64,000 nt of DNA from Phoronis australis (lineage: Eukaryota; Animalia; Phoronida). Location of the stretch: positions 231,562 through 295,561 of the forward strand of contig NMRA01000396.1 of NCBI GenBank assembly GCA_002633005.1, read 5' to 3'. The notes beneath the pieces were generated by a model. That model was not told where the DNA came from. It saw nothing but the letters and a program-made list of their open reading frames with translations, and made no database searches. This document shows, one piece after another, positions 40,000-54,500 of the stretch (the stretch's first letter is position 1; each line of letters starts with the position of its first letter). The position numbers and the translations under genes were made by a program.

Positions 40000-40660
40000 C
40001 ATCTTAACCGTCAATATACGCTGGGTCAGGGCCCATGTGGGAAATGATGACAATGAGAATGCAGACAGACTCGCAAAGATAGGGGCAAGCGTTCTGCACT
40101 TTGTGCCAGAACCTGCTATCCCGGTATCTTACGGATGTTGCAGGATGAGTATACGCAACTGGGTACATACCCAGTCAGCAGCCCAGTGGGCATCACTTAA
40201 CTCCTGCAGAGAGACCAAGAAGAATTTTCCCAACGTGATCGAACCAAAATGTTCAAAAAGCCTTCTGAGTAGATAGATTGGGTATAAGACACGTCATTCA
40301 AATTTTGACGGGCCACTGCAACCTAACCCGACACAAACACATTACTGGGCATATGGGGAGCCCTGTGTGTCCTGAGTGTGGTCCTAAACACCTCGTAGAG
40401 TCTTGCCCAGCTTTTTATAGGCTAAGGAGCAACCTACTGGATGGCACTGTTACATGCCTACAACATATAGTGCATGGCAACAAATGGAAACGTCTGTCCG
40501 TTTTCCTAAAGGAGACTGGCAGACTTGAAAACTTTCTTCACGAGGAGCCATAATTGGGATCACGTGCCTTTGCTCAGTTTTTTGTGCAATGGGCCCAACC
40601 ATGAGGCCTGCGCACGTCTGATGCACCGCAAATGACATCAGACCACCTGCACGTTTTTTT
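40000..40660 (+). mobile_element. 3' fragment of an RNase H-bearing LINE (I/LOA-group-like)
   Basis: WVRAHVGNDDNENADRLAK (RNase H C-terminus); ILTGHCNL..CPEC..HLVESCP (C-terminal CCHC). Confidence 0.85.
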
Positions 40661-42584
40661 TTTAGCCGAGTACAGAGATTTTATCGCGTGCTTCTCTCCG
40701 AGCCAGATCTAAATGTCGTCTTGTCTTTTACGCTGGCATTTTCCTCCGCGATAATTCTACGTTTCAAACATTCACTGACGCCTTGCTATGCGAGGCTACC
40801 TAATTTTATAAGTACCTCCTCGTGATGGTAACGTGACACAACAACTCATTTCTCTGACTGCGGCAAGTGTGCAAAAAAGCCCATTAATTGGTCCAGTTTC
40901 ATAAAGTTTACGTAAGCAATAAGGGATTTAGGTGGGAGGGGACAAGGGAGCCATGCCCCCCCTAAAATTCTCCCAGATTCCATCTGGCAGCTTGGGGGTG
41001 TGAATGTCTGCCCTGGTCGCCCCTAAATCAAAATCCTGGATCCGCCCCTGCTCCCCTCCGGAGAGTGTTCCGCAAGAGACAAATCTCCCTCCACCCTAGC
41101 TACATGTACGCCCCTCGGGATGTACACAGAAGTCCGTGCCCTGACTGTTGCTTACTTCTGTATGCATTATACATTGCTCCTTGCTATAGTTCAAAGGCTT
41201 AGTTTTGCCCTTGATATTTACCGTCAATCTTAATGACCTTGTACGTAACAAAATAGACACTGTGTAAACTGTTCATCTTCTTCACTGTTTTAATCATATT
41301 TTCTGACCTTAGAATAAGTAATGCTTGTGTAAAAATCTTGCACCTCTATTTTGGTTGATATGAATTCTGATGAGAGTGATCATCGTTCACATATATCAGT
41401 CTGATCATCATTTACGGATCGTTTTTGGTCAGTGACAAAAATTCTGATAAATTACTAGGACTGATGAAAAAACTTAGATCTTATATTACACCTTTCGTTA
41501 ATATAAATTCTTATCAACATCTTATAACATGTCATACCATTCTTAGAAACAGTCGGAATTAATATATTTTAAAAAATCATTTGTAATAAATTTATCAACA
41601 ACCATAATTGATTATGTACACCTGTCGTGCATGCGCAGACATAGTGCCTGTGTACACCTGCCGTGCACGCGCAGATATAGTGTTGTGTACACTGGTCCGC
41701 CACGCGCAGATTTACATGTATTTAGTGCGACAAAGGGACATTTCCCCTACTGCTCCAACGAGAGAGGGTACATGTACCTTCTGAAATGGGACACCTTAAG
41801 ATGAAAGCCTAAACATCATTAAGCTTGGAAAAATGTGTCAGTTATTCCACCCTCGTGTGGTCCCTAAACGATGCAGGGAGTGACCTCCTTCAACACGAAA
41901 GCACGATTTCACAAAAAACAGGAAAATAGAGGTAATCGATTCCAACATTGGACCCTTTCACCGTGAGCGGCTCCGTAACAATTTCTTAATAAAAACACGA
42001 AATTGTGGCCACTTGATTGTCATCAATGGCCTCGTTCAAAGGCGGGGCCCATCAATATGAAAATATCTGTATTTTCTAATATCAGAAATGCGCGGCAATT
42101 GATGTTATCCGTCAGGTCATCAATTTTTCTCAAGTGATATACAGTTTCGAGAAACAAAATATAGTGAAAGTTGTCACCGTTTTCCCTTGCCAGAGAGGGG
42201 CCTCTAGAAAAATATAGTTTTGCATTCTCAAAATTGTCTTATTGAATTTAAACATCCAGTAAATTAGTACGCTCTGCAAAAACTTCGCTTTACAAATTAT
42301 CTCGATTTTTTCGAAATATACGTGTGCGTTTAGACGACCTGTGCTGCAAGAGCGAAAACCTTAACGATAATGTCATGGCCTGGGTCCCCAAAAGGTAAAC
42401 AATGCACTGATGCAGAATTGTTAAATGTTCTCTTGATTTTTCTCTCTTATCCGTTTTTCGCAGTCTTTCTTTTTTCGACTGTCCCGGGCACCACGCCTAT
42501 GTGGGTTGCCACAGTTTAACCCAGACGCCTGAAAATTTTTGCTGGGGCCCGCCTCCCACACCCCCCGCTTTCTACGGCCCTGGA

Positions 42585-42986
42585 ATTGTATGCAAATTTA
42601 CTGACACATTTCAAAATTCCTGGTTGTTGATACCTTTTTTATGCATAATGTATAAAAGTTTCACATCTAGAGTGCGAAATTATGTTTCCACGTAAACGTT
42701 TATTTTTACCACGCCGTCAGCAATACAACATAAAGTTTACGTTGGTGCAATTTCACGCAATTCGTATTTGTAGCTTGATTCGATTTTACCACCTTTCAAT
42801 AGTTGAACAAAAGTTGATAAAACGATGTCAAGACCGGAGTGGCTACTGGTGAACAAACAGCGAACAGTTATTGCTTGGCCAAAGTTCACCCGCTAAGTCA
42901 GATCGGCTGCTGGTCAGCTAGACGGCCGGTCGTCGACCGGTGGTCGACCAATTTCCGACCGGTCGGACAAAAATTCGTCATCTGTG
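42585..42986 (-). mobile_element. Internally deleted copy of the left end of the 18029 TIR element (also 52092-52492)
   Basis: Reverse complement aligns with 18029-18540 (tgacttagcgggtgaacttt, ctccggtcttgacatcg, ttgttcaactattgaaaggtg). Confidence 0.85.
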
Positions 42987-44679
42987 CTGTACGTATGAAA
43001 TTATAGCCTTCAGGAGCATTTGAATCTGAAATTGAAAATAAAATGTCCGCCACGTTCACCACCTTGGATCCGATTTTGACGAAAAACAAAAGGCTCCTAG
43101 TACTTTTGAAACTACATGTTTTTTGTAAATTTCGTGAGGATCGGAGGAAAATTTCCACCCGCATCGTGGGTAAAAACAAAAAACAACTTAGTAACAGAGC
43201 TACATAATTGGTGAAAAAAATTTTCGCCAAGTAATAATTACAAACGTCTATTAAATAAGCACTTAGAGACAAACTGTTTAACCACAAGTCACGACTATCT
43301 ACCCCAGTGTTCTCTTGGAAACCAAGAAACTTTTAGCGATTTAATGTGAGTACATATGTATCATCTTGCAACTCTGAAGTAAAATTATGTTGAAAAAAGC
43401 TATACCGGATCTTGGCAGAATGATACTAGACTGCTGTGTAGAATCATCTGTTTTTGCCTATGATAATAGCGAAGACAAAGCACAAATTACCTTCTACCTT
43501 ACCTTGGATGATTCCAACCTTGACTGCTGTCATAGTAGTTTCCACAAAGGTTTTAACAATCGCATGACACATGCACATCATTTAGTATTCAATTCATCAT
43601 TATCACTGACCGTGTTGTATTTGTATCAGATTGTTCGCAGTAATTGGGTGCTACCACTATATTGGCCTTCCCACTAATCTAGCCCACGACAAACAAACCC
43701 CAATGCTGAATAGTATAGTAGCTGTTATCTCTTGATATACAACTGCGCACGTACCTGTAGCTGTCTCACATCAAAAACACCTGGCATGCATTCGCCTAAA
43801 ATCCATTTTATCTACGACAATATTTTGCTGATTCGGTGGTTAGAAAATTAGAATGTGGTTGAGATGTTAGTAATATTGTGCAGAACTGATGGTATAAAAC
43901 TATTTTTTCTAACATGGGTGACAAAAACCGCCACAAACATGCACGCAATGAAGACTCTAAAATATATCATGAGGATATCGAGTAAAACCTTGTCAGTATA
44001 AAATACATGAAACAGGAGGGTACGAGGCGGGAAAACAAGTTTTGAAGACAGACCTGAAACACGACTTGATTTTCTGAGATGTGGTTTTGTTAATATTTCA
44101 GACTCGGGTGCATGTATTTATTCATCCATATTCATCAGTATCACTCAAATTCGTGCAACCAGATTTAGTAATTGGTATTTTTATTTCTATTCTGATGACT
44201 TTGCCTGGTCTAAAATGAAAATACAGTAGGACTATCGTCAATAGTCTATGGTCACTGAGAAGCCTTGCCGAAGGCTTAGCACAGTTAAAGCTACACAAAA
44301 TAGACGGAAATGTCTCGTTGGCAGGCGAGACAATTACGTGACATTATTTTTTTATTTATTGCACACAAAGAGACTGATTCTGAATGTAAAATGTGAGTGA
44401 ACTGTCCTTTAGACGAGTGTGCATTCTGGCCGTAATTTTGGCATTGGAGACCAACTACTTTCTCAAAAAAGTAAATAATTGGGGACCAAAGAACTTACAA
44501 ACAACTTTAAATAGTGGCCGTTGCAAGGATTGGGACAGGAAGAGGTTGTCGCTTTGAAATGAAAAATATCCAATTCATTGCTGTCGGCAGCGTACGCTCA
44601 CATTTAGGCCTGCCTATCTGCCTGCATCGGGAACGTTTTTCAAATATAACATTGCGTAGATGTTTTGAACAGACGTGTA

Positions 44680-44882
44680 TTCGCCTGGTTTCCACCTTCA
44701 GGGGCAAACAGGATTACCCCCGTGTATACATATAAATGTATAAATTGAGATACACTGACGAGTTCAAGGGTGAAATATCCATTACTAAGTGTGGTTTGAT
44801 CTCTGTGGACCTGTGGACCCGATGGCTCCTTTGAATACAGCGTGACAAGGTTATCAGAGGGCCCGCGTACGAGTCCTGGCGG
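44680..44882 (+). ncRNA. Degenerate hammerhead-ribozyme + tRNA-like unit (retrozyme-like); second copy 54186-54388
   Basis: CTGACGAG (44755) ... GAAA (44772), stem-I-like gagataca/tgatctc, then A/B-box-like gatggctc ... gtacgagtcc. Confidence 0.45.
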
Positions 44883-47800
44883 CGTTCAATAGTGCTAGGA
44901 CCTACATGTACGCTAGGACCTTGCTAAAATCTAGCCAAGGTCACGTGTTCTCATTATTAAACAAACACGGCAATATAGCGGCATTCACTCTGCAGACGAA
45001 CCACTGACGTCGCTGGGTCGTTTCTCACCTTTCTCAAAGGTTAACGCGACACCTGTGCAAGGTGAAGTTGACCGTATAAAAGGCGGTGTGGATATAGACC
45101 GATTAAGACGGTAAAAAAGACTAATTAAATCGGGTGGAAATCTCTTTTAAATGTGCTTGCGATACTTTTGTACATGTTATTACTTTGTTAAGGTTTTAAT
45201 GATAATGTCTCCAATCGAAAGCACGTCAACATGTATTGTTTTGCAACGATTCAGTGAAAGTATGTATTTATTTTCTGAAATTAGAAAGCGTGTGAAGCAA
45301 TTTGCATGGGGAATTTCCTGCAGTTTTGATCGAGAATTAGTGTAATCAAATCAAGCCACATTTTATTGCTCCATTTTCATTTTTATGACTGTTGATCAAG
45401 CGAGAGTCTTGAGCTACGGATCCATGCAATCAGCAATTTCTCGACAACATTAATCAACAAACCCGACAGTTACATTAGTCATTCTTTATAAGCACCGGCC
45501 TGTACGTAGCCCTAGGTCAGTGGATGATCAGTGGGAGTAGTTCGGCCTCTATCTTCTAGTCGTATCCAGTAGGAACCACTTTAATTCGACAACCTATACC
45601 CAACTGACTACATAATCCCTGTAGTCACTTCGAGTAGCTAATGTAAACTACCCATTGGGGCTGCAGGATGTCAGAAAAATATTCTTTGCGATTGGTGTCA
45701 CTTGATACCAGATGTCTGATTTTGTGTTATTATTCACGCAGTTCCCATGGCCTGACTAAACTCACTTGGCATCCATGGACCTACTTTGATGACGTATTTG
45801 AGCCTTCTGCTGGAGCGGCGCACCATATACTGTACAGGGTGGAGGGCTATATCCACCTCAACCCATTTATTTCAGTGCTGCACCGCCCATGTGTTGTTCA
45901 TGCAGGCTGATTAACCAAAGGAGGCTCCAAGGACATTGAGTTAGTGGGGGCAGGGTAGAGTATTAATCATGATTTTGCCTGTCAGACATTCGCAACCCCG
46001 TTCTGCCGAATGCAATCTGGAGAATTTCAGGGGAGCATGGGTCCCTTGGTCTTCCCCCTTAAACCCGCCGCTGTTAAGAATATCATATGTACTGGTTATA
46101 GTGAATACATCCAACCTGGTTTGAACTAAGGGTAACAACTGTCTTTTTATTTTTGTTTTTTTTTTCTCAAAAATGTATATCACTTGAGAAAAATTGATGA
46201 CCTGACAGATAACACCAATTGCTGAGTTTTCCTGATCTTTGAAATTATATATCTTTTCATATTTTGGGATCCAGCCCTTGTAGGGGGCCATTGTTGACAT
46301 TCAATTGGCCAACCTGTGCTGTTTTTGGTAACGATTTCTTATGCGACCACTCACGGAGAGAACGGCCAATGTTGGAATCGGTTACCTCTATTTCAATGTT
46401 TTTGTAAATCGTACAACCGACTTTCATGTTGAGGAAGGTCATGGTCACAAGATGGAATGAATTGCCAATCTTTTCCAAGCGCATGATGCTTAGCCTTTCA
46501 TCTTAAAGTGTCCCATTTCAGACGGGACCCTCTCTCGGTATGGCGGTTCGGGGGAATTGTCCCTTTCTCCCTCTATACATGACAATTCGACACTGCCAAG
46601 TATTCACGAGGGGAAGTTGAAATTCCAAATTCATCAAAAGCTCAAAACATTCGTGCACAGCACAGCAGTATCACGACATTCGACTCACAAATAAGCAAAA
46701 ATGAGAAAAATACAATAGTAGGATTGACCGTGATCGAAAAGGTGGAGTTTTGAAGAACATGAAAAACACTATTTTTGAAGTACACACAATGGTTACCGAT
46801 GGTTATTTATAAAATAATGTTACTTTTTCCCACAGTATCACAATAATAGCATTTCTTTTGATGATTGTTACCAGGAGTTGTTTATAAGGAGTTCGCACAT
46901 GTCGAAAAGACTGTTTGGGCTACGATTTGTGATAACAGCGTACATGTACATGCCGAGCACGGGTACTGAAAGTAATTGCAATCGTAAACCAAAATTTCAG
47001 CGTCCTTTTGGTGTTCAGGTTGAAGTCGTAAACAGTTATACAAAACTCTGAAATGAGCAAAAATGCACCATATTACAAATGTCCCATCTCCCATGTTCTC
47101 CCAGTTATCCGTCAAAAATCTGCAAGTATGCCTTCGGGAATTTCTTAAAACATTCCGTTTTGATAAACAAATTCGTGTCTGATTTACATGTGTATATATC
47201 TTCGTAAATCGACAAATACGCATATTTTTTGCAATTAAAAACTTATCTTTTAAGAATTGGCTGTTCGTCGGGAGCGAGTTTTCGGTTATACGGAATTGAT
47301 TAAACGCGCGACAGTCTTTTTTCACAGTCTTTATTCCATTACGTTCGTACTTTCGGAACAAAACTCTACTCTCAACTGAACACAGATAAACTAACTGACC
47401 ATGCAACATTATTAAAAGACACACGATATTTCGAAACATACTTGTTTCATTCTCAAGTTAAGATAAAATGACGCAGTAACGCTCCCACAGAACAGTTAAT
47501 TTATCTGTGTCCAGTTGAGAGTAGAGTTTTGTTCCGAAAGTACGAGCGTAACNGTCAAATCATAAATGCTGCATATATTCAAGGGTAGTTTCAGACACTT
47601 GCATGAAATTACGGGCTGGTTAGTCATGTGTCACACTGCCGCGGCAGACCTTAGTTAGCCTCAGTGCCAGCTACCAGTGAAGACTATCGTCAAAATACAG
47701 CTGGTTAGTAGGCCTATACAGCTTTGCGCCAAGGCTACCCTTAGGCCTAACTAGTCGCTGGCCGCAGCGCTCGCTCAAACGAGGTTTATTTAGAACTTGG

Positions 47801-48511
47801 GTACTTCTGGCGAACTGTGCAAAGTTATTGGCTTTCAATAGAAATTTTCCCAGTCTTCGTATGAGCGCACCAAGCCTAAAAGAATGAGGGGGCTGGAATT
47901 TTTGGGAATTTCTATCTTTTACTATAAGATTCAGTGGGTATGTTCAGAGGTATGAATTGCAGACGCTAAATTTTGGTCTTTCCTGTCTTCTAGTAGAGTT
48001 TTGTCTCATTTTCTACTTTTTTCGGAATTCGGGCTTCTCTGACTGAGGCAGACCTTTTTCCAGTTCTCCATAACGGGAGCTCGTTAAAGCACATAAGTAT
48101 GAGAAGTCCAATACAAAATGTTATCATTTTTATTCATTGACCCAAAATGATTCAAACTTTTAATATAATACGTAACTTAAAATGCACAATACTTTACAAC
48201 ATTTTGCATTACAAACACTATTCAACAGCAAGTTTCCATGATATGAAAGTGGACATACATGTAACTATTACCATGGTGACGGAATAGTGTTTCCTTACAC
48301 CAGAATTTGACAAGCATCATTTAAAAAAATATGAAGTTGCAAGGAACAAGAATTAGAGGCTTGAAGCTTCACAATACAACATAGCTTATTTCTCAAATTA
48401 AGATTATTCATACTTTTGACTTGATAACCTGAATTAAGAAGCAATAAGTTACAAAACATGACTTGAACGCAGTTGAGACTTAAAATTTAGAAAAATATGA
48501 ATCATTTTGTG

Positions 48512-51500
48512 ACAGTTCTTAACGACGGTAATTTTAAACCTTTTTTCCACAAGATATCGACCTACCTGGGCTGTTCAAAGGATTAACAATGTAGCTATGT
48601 GAAAACAATTACAGCTTTAGCAAATATTTTCCTAGAACTCACTTTGTTAAGTCATTTAGCAAATTAATTATATAGCTTATCTGGTTGATATTAAACTAAA
48701 ATCAACTCGTTTGCATTTTCAACTCCAAAATAGCCTAGATGTTTCGTTTACTGTTTTAAGATTTTTTTGAAAACAGAAGCAACATACAATAGAAAAAAGA
48801 TACATACCCAAGCGCGTACACACACGCAGACACACACGCACCAACACACACATACACACACGCGCGCGCAACCACACACACACACTCTCACACACCCCAC
48901 TTACGCGCGCGTATTTCTAGACCTGCCGACACAATTAGAGCCCGTACGTACTCAAGAAAACAAAAGAGGCAAAGGACAATCCGTTGTTGAATATTCTATA
49001 TTCACAATTTTTGAAATGTAGATAGTTTTCCTGTTTTAAGATTTTGATGATAATGTTGGAGCCCGGTATTCGCAAACGTTTGCATAGTTATAAAACGTTC
49101 AAAAATCCACGAAAAGTAAATGCATAGATACCATCTTCATAACTACTAATGTCTGTAAGTAGTACAGTGTAACTGGATTGTATGGAGATGATACAAATGC
49201 AGAAATCATTGCAGGGGAAGTTCCGATGTCCTGTCACTGTAAAAGGCCCAAGTTTTATTATTCTCTTTCATTACTTGGCTAACTTCAGTAAAATCAATTA
49301 TGTTATTTTGTTGTCTAACTCGCAGGTATCTATTAAAGTAATTTAATTGATTACATTAATAAATTCATAACATTTTGTTTTCAGAGGAGGGTTATTGATC
49401 GACTGTGACAAAATCTTTAGATTAGTCCATTAATGTTACATAGGACCTTAGCGACAAGTATCTACAAACTATAGGCTATTACACGATAAATGTTTATGAC
49501 TTTGAAATTTGAAAGCCAAGTTACCAATCTGCAATTAACTGAGTCAAATGGCGGTATATTTTAGTACATTTTTATAAAGAAATCGTACAATGATTCCAGA
49601 ACAACGATATCGCTAACTTAGCAAATTTCGTTTCATGGTAATACGTCTAGGGTGTTTCATGAACTTAAAACCTGAGTAAGTATAATTGGTGTTACTGTCT
49701 AACTGTTAAAAGCCACATACACAGTGTTTATTGGTATAGTTATCACCTATAGCCAATCCGTGTTACAACTTGTATGATAAAATGGCCAAACATAAGGTAC
49801 CCAGGGGCGAATCTAGGATTTTGAGTTGGGGGGCATCGCACAGGAATAACCAAAATTTCACCACATGCGCTCGCCCATCCTGAAATGGTCACGAATATTT
49901 GGGTTTGTGGACCTTTAAAATAGTAAAAAAAACGGTAAACGGGGTTTGTTCAAAGCCTATGCATTGTGCATTCTCCCCCAGAGCCTCCCTTCCGGGTGTG
50001 CGCATATGCTAGTCAGCAATTCGCACCCCGAACTGTAAAATGGTATCTGGGATGATTTTAGGGGGGGGGGGCATGGCAACCTTGTCCTTCCCGGTATCTA
50101 AACTACACGATTAACGAACTGTTAAACACGGTGTCGGACGCAAAAACACGACTCGCGTACCTGCCAACACCGTTCAATGACTCACATACAAGAATCTGAC
50201 TCCCAAAACAAGATTCATTCTCCATAATATAATACAAATTAAACCGGTATACATTCATAAATGTGTTTTCAAACATTTCCAAATCCTCAGAAATTTTCCA
50301 TTGAGCAGATACATAGGCTTGCAGGTACTATGTTCCTTTTTCCAAAACTCTGGACAATTTTGAAGAAGGGAAAGACAGAAGATGAATTTACGTTTTAGTA
50401 AATTATATTGATCAATTTGGTATGATCAACAATACACGATAATTTTAGGAAAAAGCATGTATTCAAGTACGAATTTAGCATATTTTTTTCATAGTCCCCA
50501 TGTATGTTTATTTGGGCCAAGAGCAGAGACTTATCTGATTACGGTTTGGAAGTATACTCGAAAATTGGAACGACCCGGATTTAAAAAAAAAAAAACACCC
50601 CGAGTTTACTTCCCTGTCACTAGCCATGCCACACCAAATCGGTCCACCACTTCCCACAAAACTTTCTTTTTACTTAGAATGAATTATTTTTTTAAAGTTC
50701 ACCCAAAATTCATGCCGCCACATGTCATGGCACGGTTCATTTGTATTGAAAGGACAAAAGCGCTAACCCCGAGTGAGTCGACCCAATAGTTTTATTACAG
50801 GGTTTCTCCCCACAGCTTATCGATTAACTCGTCCAATATGCGTTGATTAGTCAGCATAATGTTTATGGTGTTAAACGTTATATGGACATGAGGGTTCATA
50901 CGTCGCATGGTATTTAATGTTGCGCTTCGAAAACGTCATGGCAAATATTTCATGATAGGCTTCAAGTTCTTTTTCACTTTTAGTTGTCACCACGGTCAGT
51001 ACGATGAGCAGTTTCGACTGAAATAAAGTTAGATCGCGTGAATTGCTTGCACTTTGTGGTAATGTTCGGTGTGTGTGTGTATGTGCGTGTGTGAGCTGGA
51101 CATTTTAAGATAGACTTGTACCAGATGCCGACTCAAAATGCAAACGTAGGGCAGATGCCGCCTGTTCACTGGAATTGCCTGGCCCGCATGTTTCAGTCCC
51201 TAAAAGCAATTCTTTCAACGAACAGTGCTAACAGATGGCTCATTTATCATTTACTTCTCTCAAATTATTAGTACTTGCATCTTGACGATGACGTGAAGGT
51301 TATAGTCTAGTTGCAAGCCCAATAGCTCCCACACTGAACCCTGCAATGTTGATTACTGTAAAGTTTTTTGTTGAAATATATTAGATATGACCGGGAGAAA
51401 AAAATTAGCTTGACTGCACTTAGTGCAACTTTGAGCATTTTTTTGCAATTCAAGATGGCGGGTTCCGCCATTTTGAATTTCGGTCCACTTTGTTTTTTCA

Positions 51501-54500
51501 ACTTGATGACTAACAGGGTCATGTAATACATTGTTTATACCATTCCTGCTGTTATTTTATTAAAACAGGGCCATTTTCACAGTCTAATATCAGGAAATGC
51601 GCGGCAATTGATGTTATCCGTCAGGTCATCATTTTTTCTCAAGTGATATACAGTTTCGAGAAACAAAATAAAGCGAAATTTGTCACCGTAATCCCTTGCC
51701 AGAGAGGGGCCTCTAGAAAAATATAGTTTTGCATTCTCAAAATTGTCTTATTGAATTTAAACATCCAGTAAATTAGCACGCTCTGCAAAAACTTCGCTTT
51801 ACAAATTATCGATTTTTTCGAAATATATGTGTGCGTTTAGACGACCTGTTCTGCAAGAGCGAAAACCTTAACGACAATGTCCTGGCCTGGGTCCTCAACA
51901 GGTAAACTATGCACTGATGCAGAATTGTTAAATGTTCTCTTGATTTTTCTCATTTATCCGTTTTTCGCAGTCTTTCTTTTTTCGACTGTCCCGGGCACCA
52001 CGCCTATGTGGGTTGCCACGGTTTAACCCAGACGCCTGAAATGTTTTGCTAGGGCCCGCCTCCCCCCCCCCCGCTTTCTACGGCCCTGTAATTGTATGCA
52101 AATTTACTGAAACATTTCAAAATTCCTGGTTGTTGATACCTTTTTTATGCATAATGTATAAAAGGTTCACATCTAGAGTGCGAAATTATGTTTCCACGTA
52201 AAAGTTTATTTTTACCACGCCGTCAGCAATTCAACATAAAGTTTACGTTGGTGCAATTCCACGTAATTCGTATTTGTAGCTTGATTCGATTTTACCACCT
52301 TTCAATAGTTGAACAAAAGTTGATAAAACGATGTCAAGACCGGAGTGGCTACTGGTGAACGAACAGCGAACAGTTATTGTTTGGCCAAAGTTCACCCGCT
52401 AAGTCAGATCGGCTGCTGGTCAGCTAGACGGCCGGTCGTCGACCGGTGGTCGACCAATTTCCGACCGGTCGGACAAAAATTCGTCATCTGTGCTGTACGT
52501 ATGAAATTATAGCCTTCAGGAGCATTTGAATCTGAAATTGAAAATAAAATGTCCGCCACGTTCACCACCTTGGATCCGATTTTGACGAAAAACAAAAGGC
52601 TCCTAGTACTTTTGAAACTACATGTTTTTTGTAAATTTCGTGAGGATCGGAGGAAAATTTCCACCCGCATCGTGGGTAAAAACAAAAAACAACTTAGTAA
52701 CAGAGCTACATAATTGGTGAAAAAAATTTTCGCCAAGTAATAATTACAAACGTCTATTAAATAAGCACTTAGAGACAAACTGTTTAACCACAAGTCACGA
52801 CTATCTACCCCAGTGTTCTCTTGGAAACCAAGAAACTTTTAGCGATTTAATGTGAGTACATATGTATCATCTTGCAACTCTGAAGTAAAATTATGTTGAA
52901 AAAAGCTATACCGGATCTTGGCAGAATGATACTAGACTGCTGTGTAGAATCATCTGTTTTTGCCTATGATAATAGCGAAGACAAAGCACAAATTACCTTC
53001 TACCTTACCTTGGATGATTCCAACCTTGACTGCTGTCATAGTAGTTTCCACAAAGGTTTTAACAATCGCATGACACATGCACATCATTTAGTATTCAATT
53101 CATCATTATCACTGACCGTGTTGTATTTGTATCAGATTGTTCGCAGTAATTGGGTGCTACCACTATATTGGCCTTCCCACTAATCTAGCCCACGACAAAC
53201 AAACCCCAATGCTGAATAGTATAGTAGCTGTTATCTCTTGATATACAACTGCGCACGTACCTGTAGCTGTCTCACATCAAAAACACCTGGCATGCATTCG
53301 CCTAAAATCCATTTTATCTACGACAATATTTTGCTGATTCGGTGGTTAGAAAATTAGAATGTGGTTGAGATGTTAGTAATATTGTGCAGAACTGATGGTA
53401 TAAAACTATTTTTTCTAACATGGGTGACAAAAACCGCCACAAACATGCACGCAATGAAGACTCTAAAATATATCATGAGGATATCGAGTAAAACCTTGTC
53501 AGTATAAAATACATGAAACAGGAGGGTACGAGGCGGGAAAACAAGTTTTGAAGACAGACCTGAAACACGACTTGATTTTCTGAGATGTGGTTTTGTTAAT
53601 ATTTCAGACTCGGGTGCATGTATTTATTCATCCATATTCATCAGTATCACTCAAATTCGTGCAACCAGATTTAGTAATTGGTATTTTTATTTCTATTCTG
53701 ATGACTTTGCCTGGTCTAAAATGAAAATACAGTAGGACTATCGTCAATAGTCTATGGTCACTGAGAAGCCTTGCCGAAGGCTTAGCACAGTTAAAGCTAC
53801 ACAAAATAGACGGAAATGTCTCGTTGGCAGGCGAGACAATTACGTGACATTATTTTTTTATTTATTGCACACAAAGAGACTGATTCTGAATGTAAAATGT
53901 GAGTGAACTGTCCTTTAGACGAGTGTGCATTCTGGCCGTAATTTTGGCATTGGAGACCAACTACTTTCTCAAAAAAGTAAATAATTGGGGACCAAAGAAC
54001 TTACAAACAACTTTAAATAGTGGCCGTTGCAAGGATTGGGACAGGAAGAGGTTGTCGCTTTGAAATGAAAAATATCCAATTCATTGCTGTCGGCAGCGTA
54101 CGCTCACATTTAGGCCTGCCTATCTGCCTGCATCGGGAACGTTTTTCAAATATAACATTGCGTAGATGTTTTGAACAGACGTGTATTCGCCTGGTTTCCA
54201 CCTTCAGGGGCAAACAGGATTACCCCCGTGTATACATATAAATGTATAAATTGAGATACACTGACGAGTTCAAGGGTGAAATATCCATTACTAAGTGTGG
54301 TTTGATCTCTGTGGACCTGTGGACCCGATGGCTCCTTTGAATACAGCGTGACAAGGTTATCAGAGGGCCCGCGTACGAGTCCTGGCGGCGTTCAATAGTG
54401 CTAGGACCTACATGTACGCTAGGACCTTGCTAAAATCTAGCCAAGGTCACGTGTTCTCATTATTAAACAAACACGGCAATATAGCGGCATTCACTCTGCA

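Larger units (their letters stand above)
37187..47552 (+). repeat. Copy 1 of large direct duplication (probable haplotype duplicate)
   Basis: Colinear with 48512-57058; identical ORF translations at +9506 offset; ends at N 47553. Confidence 0.9.

Noticed and set aside
46882-47439. 185-aa ORF (and twin 56388-56945)
   Set aside because: No recognisable motif and it overlaps a fold-back repeat arm; identity with its twin reflects the duplication, not selection.
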